DNA of 32,728 nt, taken from the IMG/VR virus record IMGVR_UViG_3300016471_000416, positions 1 through 32,728 of that record; one strand, given 5' to 3'. The DNA is from a virus (taxonomy: Duplodnaviria > Caudoviricetes). The position numbers and the translations under genes were made by a program. Below are positions 1-9,606 of the stretch, one piece after another (within the stretch, counting starts at the first letter, position 1; each line of letters starts with the position of its first letter). Below the pieces are notes generated by a model. It was not told where the DNA came from, searched no databases, and saw only the letters and a program-made list of their open reading frames with translations.

Positions 1-38
1 TGAGAAAATTTATTCTAACAATAAAATCGTAGAGGTTT

Positions 39-68
39 GAAATTATTAAAAAATAATTGACTATAAAA
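39..68 (+). promoter_or_regulatory. Candidate bipartite promoter GAAATT-N15-ACTATAAAA
   Basis: Both boxes and the spacing are identical to 14714-14743. Lies just upstream of ATG 75. Confidence 0.5.
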
Positions 69-74
69 AATGCT

Positions 75-338
75 ATGAGTGTTGAAAGGGGCTTTAAAAT
101 TGTACTCTATAATGAAAATGGAAAAGCCAGAGTGGAAATAAAAAAACACAAGGATGAATATATGGAAAATATACTCATAGTACAAAGCATAGGAAGTAAA
201 AAATATGAGGATGTTTGGATTATACAAAAAGATTTAGAAAATTGGATTACTTCCATAAAAAAAGAGGGATTTACAATAATAAAAAAAGAAGAAGATGTGG
301 AATCTCCTAAAAAAAATATTACCAAGAAAAAAAAATAA
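75..338 (+). CDS. Hypothetical protein, Lys-rich C-terminus
   Basis: ORF track gives 57..338 (TTG). ATG at 75 is preferred because it follows the candidate promoter at 39-68. The stop TAA is followed by T-ATG of the next gene. Confidence 0.7.
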   Translation: MSVERGFKIVLYNENGKARVEIKKHKDEYMENILIVQSIGSKKYEDVWIIQKDLENWITSIKKEGFTIIKKEEDVESPKKNITKKKK

Positions 339-339
339 T

Positions 340-921
340 ATGGAAAACATAGAAGAAATAGATGTTGAAATTCTCGATGCAGAGCTTAAGCCTTTTCTTT
401 ATAAATGGACCAAGGGCGATAATTCTGGAGATGTCTGTGAATATGAGAACATTTTTAAAGACCCTACCACTGGAATTATTTGGGTAAACTTTAGGGGCGG
501 ATCTAGGATTAACTATTCAATTCTACATGAGTATATGATGCAGGTAGAACAATCTGCTATAGTACATACTGAACCTCGGATTCAACAACCACAGGTTCCA
601 GTAAGAAATGTAATGGTTTCTGATGCAAAAATTAAACCAGCTCAGGTTGATAATCCGATTGTTAGTCTTTTACAAAAACAGAAACCCAATTGGGTAGAAG
701 TTGGGATTGATCTAAAACTTAACCTTCCTACTAAAAGTCTATATAACGTTTTGTCCGCTTCTTTTGAAGATGCGGAGGAGGAAATAATAGAATTTGTTGT
801 TAAGGATCTGGACCTCGAATTAATAAAGGAAAGTTTGAGGATAAATATAAGGGATATATATAAATCAAATGGAACTTTACGAAAAAGCGGATCAAACAGT
901 AATACAAAAAACGAAGAATAG
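340..921 (+). CDS. Hypothetical phage protein
   Basis: ORF track gives 295..921. Start moved to ATG 340, a TAA-T-ATG junction with the upstream gene, also seen at 9603-9609 and 20979-20985. No recognisable motif. Confidence 0.75.
   Translation: MENIEEIDVEILDAELKPFLYKWTKGDNSGDVCEYENIFKDPTTGIIWVNFRGGSRINYSILHEYMMQVEQSAIVHTEPRIQQPQVPVRNVMVSDAKIKPAQVDNPIVSLLQKQKPNWVEVGIDLKLNLPTKSLYNVLSASFEDAEEEIIEFVVKDLDLELIKESLRINIRDIYKSNGTLRKSGSNSNTKNEE
852..860 (+). promoter_or_regulatory. Candidate promoter GGATATATA
   Basis: 8 nt upstream of the Nudix ATG. Recurrent motif, here within the upstream CDS. Confidence 0.35.
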
Positions 922-1429
922 GGAGGTCGTAGAAATAGATGGACATTTATTTATAAGACAGATAAATCCCGGGGTCATCATAATGCCCTATACGGTAGAC
1001 GATGACGGATTTCCATCGAAAATAGGTATAATATCTGAAGTGCTAGATATCAGACCAGGAGGAATGAGCAAGACCTTAATCACAGGATCTCAAGACGACA
1101 AGGATGATAATATCTATCAAACTGCAGTTAGAGAGATGGAAGAAGAATCCGGATTTCTAGTGGATGATTTAAAAAGATGGAAATTTTTAGGGAGTTTATT
1201 TACTTCTAAAATGGTTATCAATTCTAATCCTTGCTTTGCCGTAAATATAACTGGAATGGTATCAGGGGATAGGAAGACAGATGGATCTAAATCAGAAAAA
1301 GACACCAAATTTGAACTAGTAGAAATATCAGAAGCGTTAAATCTTGATGATTCCCTAGTTAGTACTTTATTTATAAAAACATTCAAAGATATTTTAACTC
1401 AAAATAAAGAAGATAATGAACCTACCTAA
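869..1429 (+). CDS. Nudix hydrolase
   Basis: Nudix box variant G-SQDDKD-D-NIYQTAV-REMEEESGF (canonical GX5EX7REUXEEXGU). Substrate cannot be predicted. Confidence 0.85.
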   Translation: MELYEKADQTVIQKTKNREVVEIDGHLFIRQINPGVIIMPYTVDDDGFPSKIGIISEVLDIRPGGMSKTLITGSQDDKDDNIYQTAVREMEEESGFLVDDLKRWKFLGSLFTSKMVINSNPCFAVNITGMVSGDRKTDGSKSEKDTKFELVEISEALNLDDSLVSTLFIKTFKDILTQNKEDNEPT

Positions 1430-1601
1430 TAGGAAAGAAAGAAGAAAAATGGCTAAAGAAAGAGGATTATTTGATAAAAAAAATAATCCTACTGATGTTG
1501 AGACAAAGGAAAGAGCTAAAGCTCTTGGTAACCTTATAAGACTTAGAAATTTGACCGAACAAAGAAATAAAAAAATAAATAGAAGTTTTGATCCCCATTA
1601 A
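1416..1601 (+). CDS. Small basic hypothetical protein
   Basis: 61 aa, Arg/Lys-rich with N-terminal NRKERRK. Overlaps both neighbours in operon fashion. Confidence 0.65.
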   Translation: MNLPNRKERRKMAKERGLFDKKNNPTDVETKERAKALGNLIRLRNLTEQRNKKINRSFDPH

Positions 1602-1917
1602 ATCTTTTATAGTTTCTAAAGCAGATAAAGTAAAAAGTTTTAATCGAGGGTCTAATGATTCTGCTTATATCATTGATGTGAATCTTTGGTTTAAAAGTAA
1701 TAGTCTCACTCCATCATCAATGAACGAAATCAGACAATATATCTTCGAAGAATGGCTACATAAAAAAATATCAGGATCTAGATCTAAGATAGGATCAGGA
1801 TGCAATATAATAGTTGTTTACGACAGCCCAACTGATTCATTTATTGATTTACTCAAACAAAAAATTACAGAAATTCTGGGGTATGATTTTTGTGATGTTG
1901 TTTTAGTAGAAGAATAA
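1588..1917 (+). CDS. Hypothetical protein
   Basis: 109-aa ORF with TTG start that fills the gap between neighbours on the coding strand. Confidence 0.65.
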   Translation: MIPIKSFIVSKADKVKSFNRGSNDSAYIIDVNLWFKSNSLTPSSMNEIRQYIFEEWLHKKISGSRSKIGSGCNIIVVYDSPTDSFIDLLKQKITEILGYDFCDVVLVEE

Positions 1918-1923
1918 AAATAA

Positions 1924-1932
1924 GGGTATATA
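1924..1932 (+). promoter_or_regulatory. Candidate late promoter GGGTATATA
   Basis: In the short intergenic gap at the start of the baseplate operon. Confidence 0.45.
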
Positions 1933-1936
1933 GTAT

Positions 1937-3817
1937 ATGCCAAAGGTATTTAGGGAATCAACGATTAATAATACTCAGGGTTTAAATGCAGCAGGAGAAA
2001 TTGTATCCGATGTTCAGTATTTTAACTCTAATGGAATATACGTTTCTCCTTCGGACAAAGCTTTTGCTACGTATGAAAAATCGGAGCTAAAATTTTTACC
2101 TAAGAGTTTATTTTATGATGCTGCTACATCTGATGGAACGTACAACGGACTTTTTGCTTATTATGTTTTAGGAGGATCTAAAGATAGGGTTAAGTATTTT
2201 AATTCTGAATTAACAGATGGTGTATCGAAGATAACAAATATTGAATCTAGGAACCCCACTGCTAAAATGATAATTGACACAGTAACAGGTGGGGACAAAA
2301 TACCAAATTATTTAAATCCACAAAGCCAGTATAGAGGGCAAATATACAACGTAAAGGATTTTATATTCTGTAAATACTATGGTATAATGCCAAACAACAG
2401 GATGCTTACATTAAGAAGATTTGCTAACCCCACGCAAGATTCATTAAGAGTTATTAACAACGACAAGCCTTTGGATTTTATTATTAAGGATGGAAACCCT
2501 GCATATGATTTCACAAATCCAATAAAAGATCTTGGTAAACTTCAAGATCTTGAAGGAAAATATAATACATCCCTTCCCGTTTCTCAATTGGTAACTTATT
2601 TTGGGGGAGAAACTCAAAATAATTTAGCAACTATACTTGGCATAGATACTGGATTAAATTTTACTTCACAGAAGCAGGATACGGTTAAAAACGAACAAAC
2701 GGGAGATCCTGGATTAATGAATACACCCTATGGTGATATTATTAAAGCTGCGATAACTAGTGGTAAGAATGGATTTACTGATACAGATCTTGAGTCCCTT
2801 GATAAATTAGTAGCAACACTAGCCACACCAGAGAAAAATATAAATGCTTTACAAAGAGCTCTTTTAGATCAAGCGGTAACTGCTGAAGGACCCCTTTCTA
2901 AAAAAATATTTGTTAACCTTAATACAGTAGATTCGGTTATGACCAGGCAACAAGGTTTTCCTGGGGGAACGAATGCGTTTACCCTTAATTTTGATTACAC
3001 ATTAAATTCAGCGGGTGAGGTAAATTCCAAATTATTATTCCTGGATCTAATGACCAATGTACTATCTCTAGGATCCGATTATGGACAATTTTTATCTCCT
3101 GAGATAAGAATACAACAAACTAATTTAGGTGTAGGATTTCCCGGAGGCCCTGCAGCTTATGCTCAGTCAATAACAGATCCCATAGGTTACATGAGGGATA
3201 CGGTTGCTAAAATGCTATCTAGCGAAGAAGTTAATAGACAATTAGAGGCAGAGAAAAAGGTAAAAGGTGAACTAGAAGAGATAGCTAACGACTTAAAGAA
3301 CTTCACTGCCAACTCCGACAAAGGGATAGATAAAAATTCTAAACTTTATAAGTCTATATCTGTTCTTATCTCTGATGCTTTTCTTAGAAAAATATACTAT
3401 AGTCCTATTATGCTTAGTGGATATCCAACGGGGGATTGGCATTTAACTGTAGGAAATCCATTAAATCCTATCGCAATGATGGGTAACTTAGTATGTCAAA
3501 GTGTTAAAATAAACTTTAATGATGAGTTAGGTCCTGACGATTTTCCTACCGAGATGAAAGTAGCTGTTACTCTTGCTCCAGGAAGACAAAGACATAGAGG
3601 TGATTGGGAATCTATGTTTAACAGAGGTAACGGAAGACTATACTTGGGTCAATTAGTTTCTTCGCGAGAATCTACAAATGCTTGGGTTAATACAAAAGGT
3701 GATTTTGTCAATCAAACTGCAGGTCAAAATATATTTGATCTAACACAACGAAATATAGATCCTTTGACAGGTACAGAAACAAACTCAACTATTGGAACTA
3801 CCCGTAACAAGAAATAA
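1937..3817 (+). CDS. Putative baseplate/tail-tube initiator protein (T4 gp48-like C-terminal region)
   Basis: 626 aa. C-terminal GNLVCQSVKINFNDELGPDDFPTEMKVAVTL resembles the tube-initiator pattern. Lies directly before the gp53-like and hub genes. Function is inferred. Confidence 0.5.
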   Translation: MPKVFRESTINNTQGLNAAGEIVSDVQYFNSNGIYVSPSDKAFATYEKSELKFLPKSLFYDAATSDGTYNGLFAYYVLGGSKDRVKYFNSELTDGVSKITNIESRNPTAKMIIDTVTGGDKIPNYLNPQSQYRGQIYNVKDFIFCKYYGIMPNNRMLTLRRFANPTQDSLRVINNDKPLDFIIKDGNPAYDFTNPIKDLGKLQDLEGKYNTSLPVSQLVTYFGGETQNNLATILGIDTGLNFTSQKQDTVKNEQTGDPGLMNTPYGDIIKAAITSGKNGFTDTDLESLDKLVATLATPEKNINALQRALLDQAVTAEGPLSKKIFVNLNTVDSVMTRQQGFPGGTNAFTLNFDYTLNSAGEVNSKLLFLDLMTNVLSLGSDYGQFLSPEIRIQQTNLGVGFPGGPAAYAQSITDPIGYMRDTVAKMLSSEEVNRQLEAEKKVKGELEEIANDLKNFTANSDKGIDKNSKLYKSISVLISDAFLRKIYYSPIMLSGYPTGDWHLTVGNPLNPIAMMGNLVCQSVKINFNDELGPDDFPTEMKVAVTLAPGRQRHRGDWESMFNRGNGRLYLGQLVSSRESTNAWVNTKGDFVNQTAGQNIFDLTQRNIDPLTGTETNSTIGTTRNKK

Positions 3818-3826
3818 GAAGAAGAT

Positions 3827-4432
3827 ATGCTATCAATTGATATTATACAAAATAAGCCTTATTTTACCAATCCTAATACTGCTCAATCTTATCTGGATTT
3901 ATTAACTCCTTCCTGGAGTACTAGAGAGGTTTTATATTCAATAAAAAGTATAGCGGTAGTTTCAGATGAAACAGAAATGAGATCAGATCTTGTTTCCCTC
4001 CTTTATATGTCTGACTCTTCGTATCTTGGAACAATGCTAAAACTAAATAATATATCTAATCCACTAAGTCTAAAAATGGGGGAGATACTATTTATACCCG
4101 GCGATCAGATGGTTAAAGATTTATTTCAATCTGGAAATAAAGCTAATAACCAAAAACAGAAAGCAAGATCGTTTAGAAAAGAGCTACAAGAAAAAATATC
4201 TCAAGTTAGCAAGGATAGATTGGAATATCTTAACTCTAAAAATATATCCAACATAGCTGAAACACCTCTCCCTCCTAATTTACTTCAAGAGGGTCAGAGA
4301 CAAATATTAGTAACTGAGGGAAGACTGATATTTGGTCCGGATATAGGACAATGTAGAACTAAAAAGAAAAAGAATGTTTCAGTTACTGATATAAAAACAA
4401 AACTAGCACAAAAGAATATTTTTAAAAGATAA
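3827..4432 (+). CDS. Baseplate wedge protein, T4 gp53 / LysM-like
   Basis: RSDLVSLLYMSDSSYLGTMLKLNNISNPLSLKMGEILFIP fits the gp53/LysM-like pattern RxDxxxxxxY...LxxNxIxNPxxLxxGxxLxIP. Confidence 0.7.
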   Translation: MLSIDIIQNKPYFTNPNTAQSYLDLLTPSWSTREVLYSIKSIAVVSDETEMRSDLVSLLYMSDSSYLGTMLKLNNISNPLSLKMGEILFIPGDQMVKDLFQSGNKANNQKQKARSFRKELQEKISQVSKDRLEYLNSKNISNIAETPLPPNLLQEGQRQILVTEGRLIFGPDIGQCRTKKKKNVSVTDIKTKLAQKNIFKR

Positions 4433-4435
4433 TAA

Positions 4436-6055
4436 ATGTCGGCAGAAATTAATTTAAGGAAAGCTATACTCCAATACAGGAATCCTGATATTGTATTAGA
4501 TGAGTTGAGCTTGCCTGACACTTCATCACAAAAAGGTGATGATTTAGAACTTAACGATCAGAAAGCTAACAATATCCAGAAAAAATATTTTGGTTTTTCT
4601 AAACCATTGATTAGGATAAACTCACAGATAATAGAATCAATTAAATATTTTAAACTAGATATTACTGGATTTAAACCCACCTTGATATTTAGATTTGAGA
4701 CGATCGATGAGAAATTTTTATTTACTTCTTTTCCGAAAGATGGTGATGTTGTTTCTGTATACATAAGAGCTTTAGGAGAGATGTTCAAGCCTATAAGGAT
4801 GGACTTCATAATAACAGAGGTGATATCACCTTTTAACAATGGTCCATATGTAGACTATACTCCTTCTACTGGTAAATATCAAAGTTATACTGTAATGGCT
4901 GAGGTTAAAATACCTAAGCTATACAAACATATATGTAAATCTTTTAAAGGTAATAGTAATGATGCTATTTTAAAAATAGCGGAAGATTTAGGGTTGGGAT
5001 ATGCTTCTAATGAAACAAAGATGAATGATTCTATGAATTGGATATCCCCTAATGTTGATTACGAAACACTAATAAAAAATATAGTCAACAGCTCATGGTT
5101 AGGCGAGGAAGACTACTTTGATTGCTGGATAGATCAGTACTACAATATAAATTTTATTAACCTAAAAAAACAATTTGATGATGTAAAGAGCACTCAGATA
5201 GAAACTTCAAGAATGGCTTATGGACCGGATTATTTTGGAGATATGTCAGCTGGTACGGAGCCTGCAGAGGTTGAGTTTCCTTTAATCCTTACTAATTCAA
5301 CACAATATAGCAAGTCTCCTCTTTTTATAAAGGATCTTTCGATAGAACAAAATGCTGGAAGAATAAACAATGATTTGGGGTATTTTCAGAAGATACAATT
5401 TTATGATAATAATTTAGTATCTGATAAACCAAAGAATAAATTTGTCGAGTATGATATAGAATCAGTTACAAATAAAAACTTGGGATCTAGAGATACTATT
5501 AATAAAGGAAGACTAGGTGAGAACGTTTACAAAGAACAAGTAAAAAAGACTTATGTTGGAACAATGTATTTTGAGAATGTACATCAGAATTTCCAGCAAG
5601 CATCTATACAGAACATATTAAATAGAAATGACAGTTATAAAATAATTCTTCGTATTAAAAACAGATCATGGACTCCTTTTTTGTATAGAGGACAGACTTT
5701 TCCTGTAGTAATAGTAACAGAAGGAAGTACTGGAGTTGCTTCATCTTCTAAGTACAGCCCGACTGGCGGAGAAAAGTCTTCTTTATCTACACCAGGAGAT
5801 AAAAGAATGATTAATGGATTTTTATCTGGTAATTATGTTGTTCTAGGATTTACCGTAGAATATGATATGATGGGAATGTATCAAACGATGATACTCGGTA
5901 AAAAACAATGGATGCTTAATCCTGGTCTTTCTTCAGAGCCTGAAACTTTAGATCCTAAGATCTTTGATGCAGACTTTAACGACTTAGTAGAAAATTCATC
6001 ATCCATTCTCCAGGAAAATATACAAAAATTAAAGAGCGACATATATTCTAAATAA
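4436..6055 (+). CDS. Putative baseplate hub protein (T4 gp27 / phage late control D-like)
   Basis: 539 aa between the gp53-like and gp5-like genes. Contains KSFKGNSNDAILKIAEDLGL and C-terminal LSGNYVVLGFTVEY, typical of hub proteins. Confidence 0.6.
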   Translation: MSAEINLRKAILQYRNPDIVLDELSLPDTSSQKGDDLELNDQKANNIQKKYFGFSKPLIRINSQIIESIKYFKLDITGFKPTLIFRFETIDEKFLFTSFPKDGDVVSVYIRALGEMFKPIRMDFIITEVISPFNNGPYVDYTPSTGKYQSYTVMAEVKIPKLYKHICKSFKGNSNDAILKIAEDLGLGYASNETKMNDSMNWISPNVDYETLIKNIVNSSWLGEEDYFDCWIDQYYNINFINLKKQFDDVKSTQIETSRMAYGPDYFGDMSAGTEPAEVEFPLILTNSTQYSKSPLFIKDLSIEQNAGRINNDLGYFQKIQFYDNNLVSDKPKNKFVEYDIESVTNKNLGSRDTINKGRLGENVYKEQVKKTYVGTMYFENVHQNFQQASIQNILNRNDSYKIILRIKNRSWTPFLYRGQTFPVVIVTEGSTGVASSSKYSPTGGEKSSLSTPGDKRMINGFLSGNYVVLGFTVEYDMMGMYQTMILGKKQWMLNPGLSSEPETLDPKIFDADFNDLVENSSSILQENIQKLKSDIYSK

Positions 6056-6064
6056 TTATTAAAG

Positions 6065-8662
6065 ATGGCAGATTTTTTATCAGATTTTGGTGGTTCATTA
6101 GGGGATAAGGTTTTACCTAACGGAGATGCACTGAAAAGAAAAATCGACGGGCAGAGAACGAACTTCTTGAGGGGGGTTTCCACAACCAAGTACGGGAAAA
6201 AAGAGGATCCTACTTATTTACACTTTAGATTTATCTTTGATTTTGGAAATCTTGGAGTCATAGACCCTGAAACATTCCTTGCACCATCTCCTCTTTTTAG
6301 ACCCTTAAATGTTGATCCTAATTCGATAGAGAGGGAAGCTATAGTTAATTCCAGAAATTTAGGAGTTAAAGAAACTGTAGATTACAATGAGCAGATAAGA
6401 AATTTTGAGTTGAAAGCTGAGGGTGGTTTTGCATCGTCCGTAGACTTTTTTCACGGTAGTAAATTCCTTATAAAATCTAGAGCGGATCAGGGTATTTTTA
6501 ATACCAATGGGGGTGGCGTTGGATATATGGGAGCTCAGAAATTTTTAGGTCAAAGATCCATAAAAAGACAACAAATGCTAGATGCCTTTAAAAAGGGATT
6601 GCAGTTTATAAATGATAAATGTCCTCACTATTTTCAGTCTATTACAGGTTTAGAACAATTATTAAAAGTTGATATAAAAAATTTCCACAAAGCCGGAAGT
6701 AAACCACTGAGGGCTGGAACTCTTTCGATAGATTGTTTAGAATCTATTGACATGCGTATTTTTGCTCTTTCAGAGCTTTATAGAAAAGCAATATATGATT
6801 ACACTTATCATAGAGTAATGCTTCCTGAAAACCTTAGGAAGTTTAGGATGTGGATAGTAGTTAGTGAAATAAGAAACATTCAGCTGTCATATGGAATTAA
6901 TGATGTATTGAACCCTTTCTCTATTCCATCTGTTGCTCAGGCTGCTAATTTCTTAGATAGCTTTAATTCTCAGAGTGGATTATTAGATAACACCCAAGGT
7001 CTATTACAAAAATCAACCAATGCGAATAAAACGGACGATAAATTTGGTTCTTATACTTTAGGTCCTTACGCTTTTATTTACCAGTTGGATCAATGTGAAT
7101 TTGACTTCGATGATTCGTATCCCTCATTTTCGTCTATAGATAATAAAGGTGGAGCCGCTGTAACTAATAAATTTAAGATTCATGTTGGAAGGGTTAAGGA
7201 TCTTAAAATACAGTTTAACGAGTTAGCTGATGTTATACAAAAAGATGATGGAATAAAAGGAATGGTTCTTTCTGATGTTTGGGGAACTATTCAAAATGAT
7301 TATACTAATTATGATTATGCAGAAACCACGGGTATAGAATCTGTTACTTTTGATGACAAAGCTAACCCTGCTGAATATTTTGCCGGATTAGCTTCTAAAT
7401 TTATAACAAATAGTGTTGCTGATCTTAAGGATCAGGGAGTTCAAATATTAGAAGGAGCTTTACTAGGAAATATTTACGGATTGGGCGGATTTGATCCTAG
7501 AAGTCAATTTAGAAGCTATACTAATTTTGACGATATAAATGCTAAAGCTAGCCCTTTAAAAATCCCAGATCCTCGTAAAGATAATAGTCCTCAAGGATCT
7601 GGATTAGGAGGACCAGGACAAAGGCAATATCCTGATATTAATGAAGATGTTTATACTGGAGTACCAAATACAACCCAAGAAAATCTAGGTACTGCATACA
7701 GCGGTACACCGGGTAATCCAGGAACAGCTAGCGGTGATGTTTATCCAAATAATCCAGGATCTGATTTAGGTTTACCAGATAGACAATATCCTCCTCCTGG
7801 TGGAGATGAATATAAGAATGTCCCTGGTTCTGATTCTGGGGTACCTGGAAGGGTTTATCCGGAATTGAAGCAGGATATTTATGCTAATGTACCCGGTAAA
7901 GATCTTGGACTTCCTGATAGGCAGTATGGTGTTTTAAATGACGACTCTTATAACAATGTACCTGGATCCGATTTAGGGGTTCCTGGAAGAGTTTATAACG
8001 GGATACAGGAAGATTCATATCCTAGTGTCCCCGGAGCTGATTCGGGTTTACCTTCTAGAAATTATCCAGGAATTTCTGAAGATGTATATCCAGCAACAAC
8101 TACACAGGAGACCGATAATATAGGAACTATATATGGGGATAATGTTAATCAATACCCGGAGGTGAATGATAAAGAATATGATCCGACTGCATCAGTCCCA
8201 GTTAATAATATAGGAGAGGTATATCCAGATAATATAAACAAGTACGGGGCATTAAGTGATAAAGAATACGATAATGCTACCATAAAAAATAACGATGTAC
8301 CCGGTAAAGTTTATACCGAAAATAAAAACTCGTATCCACCAGTAAATGATTCTGAATACGATCAGATTAGATTTTTAGAATCTAATATAAACGATGACGT
8401 TTATAAGGGAGTACCTGGAACCGATTTAGGAGTTCCGGGAAGACGATATGGTAGAATAAGTGATAGAGAGTATGGCCAAAATAGATCAGTTCAATCGAAT
8501 ATAAATGATGATGTTTATAAGAAAGTTCCAGGATCTGATTTGAGTGCTCCGGGAAGACAATACGGGGGAATAAATGATAGAGAATATAATAACCAAAACC
8601 CTCTTGTAAACACTAATTTAGGAAGAGTCTATACATCATCTAGAAATGAAAACAATCAATAG
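6065..8662 (+). CDS. Putative virion protein: tail-tube-like N-terminal domain plus Tyr/Pro/Gly/Asp repeat C-terminus
   Basis: 865 aa. TLSIDCLESIDMRIFALSELYRKAIYD resembles tube-fold (gp19/gp54-like) segments, weak evidence. The last ~350 aa are low-complexity repeats. Confidence 0.5.
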   Translation: MADFLSDFGGSLGDKVLPNGDALKRKIDGQRTNFLRGVSTTKYGKKEDPTYLHFRFIFDFGNLGVIDPETFLAPSPLFRPLNVDPNSIEREAIVNSRNLGVKETVDYNEQIRNFELKAEGGFASSVDFFHGSKFLIKSRADQGIFNTNGGGVGYMGAQKFLGQRSIKRQQMLDAFKKGLQFINDKCPHYFQSITGLEQLLKVDIKNFHKAGSKPLRAGTLSIDCLESIDMRIFALSELYRKAIYDYTYHRVMLPENLRKFRMWIVVSEIRNIQLSYGINDVLNPFSIPSVAQAANFLDSFNSQSGLLDNTQGLLQKSTNANKTDDKFGSYTLGPYAFIYQLDQCEFDFDDSYPSFSSIDNKGGAAVTNKFKIHVGRVKDLKIQFNELADVIQKDDGIKGMVLSDVWGTIQNDYTNYDYAETTGIESVTFDDKANPAEYFAGLASKFITNSVADLKDQGVQILEGALLGNIYGLGGFDPRSQFRSYTNFDDINAKASPLKIPDPRKDNSPQGSGLGGPGQRQYPDINEDVYTGVPNTTQENLGTAYSGTPGNPGTASGDVYPNNPGSDLGLPDRQYPPPGGDEYKNVPGSDSGVPGRVYPELKQDIYANVPGKDLGLPDRQYGVLNDDSYNNVPGSDLGVPGRVYNGIQEDSYPSVPGADSGLPSRNYPGISEDVYPATTTQETDNIGTIYGDNVNQYPEVNDKEYDPTASVPVNNIGEVYPDNINKYGALSDKEYDNATIKNNDVPGKVYTENKNSYPPVNDSEYDQIRFLESNINDDVYKGVPGTDLGVPGRRYGRISDREYGQNRSVQSNINDDVYKKVPGSDLSAPGRQYGGINDREYNNQNPLVNTNLGRVYTSSRNENNQ
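7736..8575 (+). repeat. In-frame tandem repeats: 5 x 23 aa (7736-8080), 3 x 30 aa (8078-8347), 2 x 38 aa (8348-8575)
   Basis: 23-aa units: DVYPNNPGSDLGLPDRQYPPPGG / DEYKNVPGSDSGVPGRVYPELKQ / DIYANVPGKDLGLPDRQYGVLND / DSYNNVPGSDLGVPGRVYNGIQE / DSYPSVPGADSGLPSRNYPGISE. 30-aa units are D(K)xY...N(I)GxxYxxNxNxY. 38-aa units are DxEY...SNINDDVYKxVPGxDLxxPGRxYG. Confidence 0.9.
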
Positions 8663-8681
8663 GAATCTAGTATAATAAACG

Positions 8682-9605
8682 ATGGGATTAGTTGACAGAA
8701 ATAAATTAGAAAAACCTAATACGGAGATATCACACTATTTAGGAGTAGTCGTAGATAATAAAGACCCTGAATTTAAATGTAGAGCTAAAGTTAGAATATT
8801 TGGAGTATTTGACGAGTTACAGGATGCTGAATTACCATGGGCACATCAAAGGTTTGAACAAAGTTACGGACTAGGAGGGGGATCAGGTAGAATGTCTGTA
8901 CCCAAACTTGGTTCAGTTGTCCATGTCCAGTTTAATAATGGTAATTATTACAGTCCAGAATATAAGGCAGTTCAGGAGCTTTCTCCTGATTTAGTTGAAG
9001 AGATAAGAGCTAGTTATGATGGTTCTCATTCTTTAATATATGATGGTATAGAAAGACTTAAAATGTATTATACAGTAGAGAAGGGATTAGTTATAGATCT
9101 AAAGGAGTCTAAAATTATTATAAGAAATGATAATTCTATATTAATAACCCATGCAGACGATACATCATCTATTGAGTTAAAAGGTGGAAAGATAACAAAG
9201 TATGCAGATCAGGAAATAGAAAATACTGCAGTTAACAGAATAAAGCACAGCTCCGAAGAGGTTTGGATGGATGGTAAAACTACGAACCTTGGGCATTCTC
9301 CTTTATTCTCTGCTGTTTGTGCCGAACCTCTTTTTGACTTCTTAAAAAAACTAGCAATATCAGTAGACTCAAAAATGCCTGCTACCCCTGGGGTAAATTC
9401 AACTCTAGCTTCTAGCTTCGAACAGCTAGCAACAAGTCAAACCGTCCGTGTTACTCGAGAAAATGCCCCTACATTCCCAACTGTACCTGTGGATAACAAT
9501 TCTCCTGTTGGTTTACCTTCTACGGGACCTACGGGAGGAGTTTTAGAAACTGTAATAAATACAGTAGCGGGAACCACAGGAGTTACCGGAACAACTGGAG
9601 GATAA
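8682..9605 (+). CDS. Baseplate central spike, T4 gp5-like N-terminal OB domain, no lysozyme domain
   Basis: YLGVVVDNKDPEFKCRAKVRIFG...LPWA...VPKLGSVVHVQFNNGNYYSPEY is the gp5/gpV OB-fold signature. It is followed by beta-strand-rich sequence and a Thr/Gly tail. Confidence 0.85.
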   Translation: MGLVDRNKLEKPNTEISHYLGVVVDNKDPEFKCRAKVRIFGVFDELQDAELPWAHQRFEQSYGLGGGSGRMSVPKLGSVVHVQFNNGNYYSPEYKAVQELSPDLVEEIRASYDGSHSLIYDGIERLKMYYTVEKGLVIDLKESKIIIRNDNSILITHADDTSSIELKGGKITKYADQEIENTAVNRIKHSSEEVWMDGKTTNLGHSPLFSAVCAEPLFDFLKKLAISVDSKMPATPGVNSTLASSFEQLATSQTVRVTRENAPTFPTVPVDNNSPVGLPSTGPTGGVLETVINTVAGTTGVTGTTGG

Positions 9606-9606
9606 T

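Noticed and set aside
2-40. Possible 3' end of an upstream gene (EKIYSNNKIVEV*)
   Set aside because: Only 12 codons are visible, too short to support.
7736-8575. CRISPR array or diversity-generating retroelement repeat
   Set aside because: The repeats are in frame, degenerate at synonymous positions and lack unique spacers. There is no adenine-specific variation and no cas or reverse transcriptase gene.
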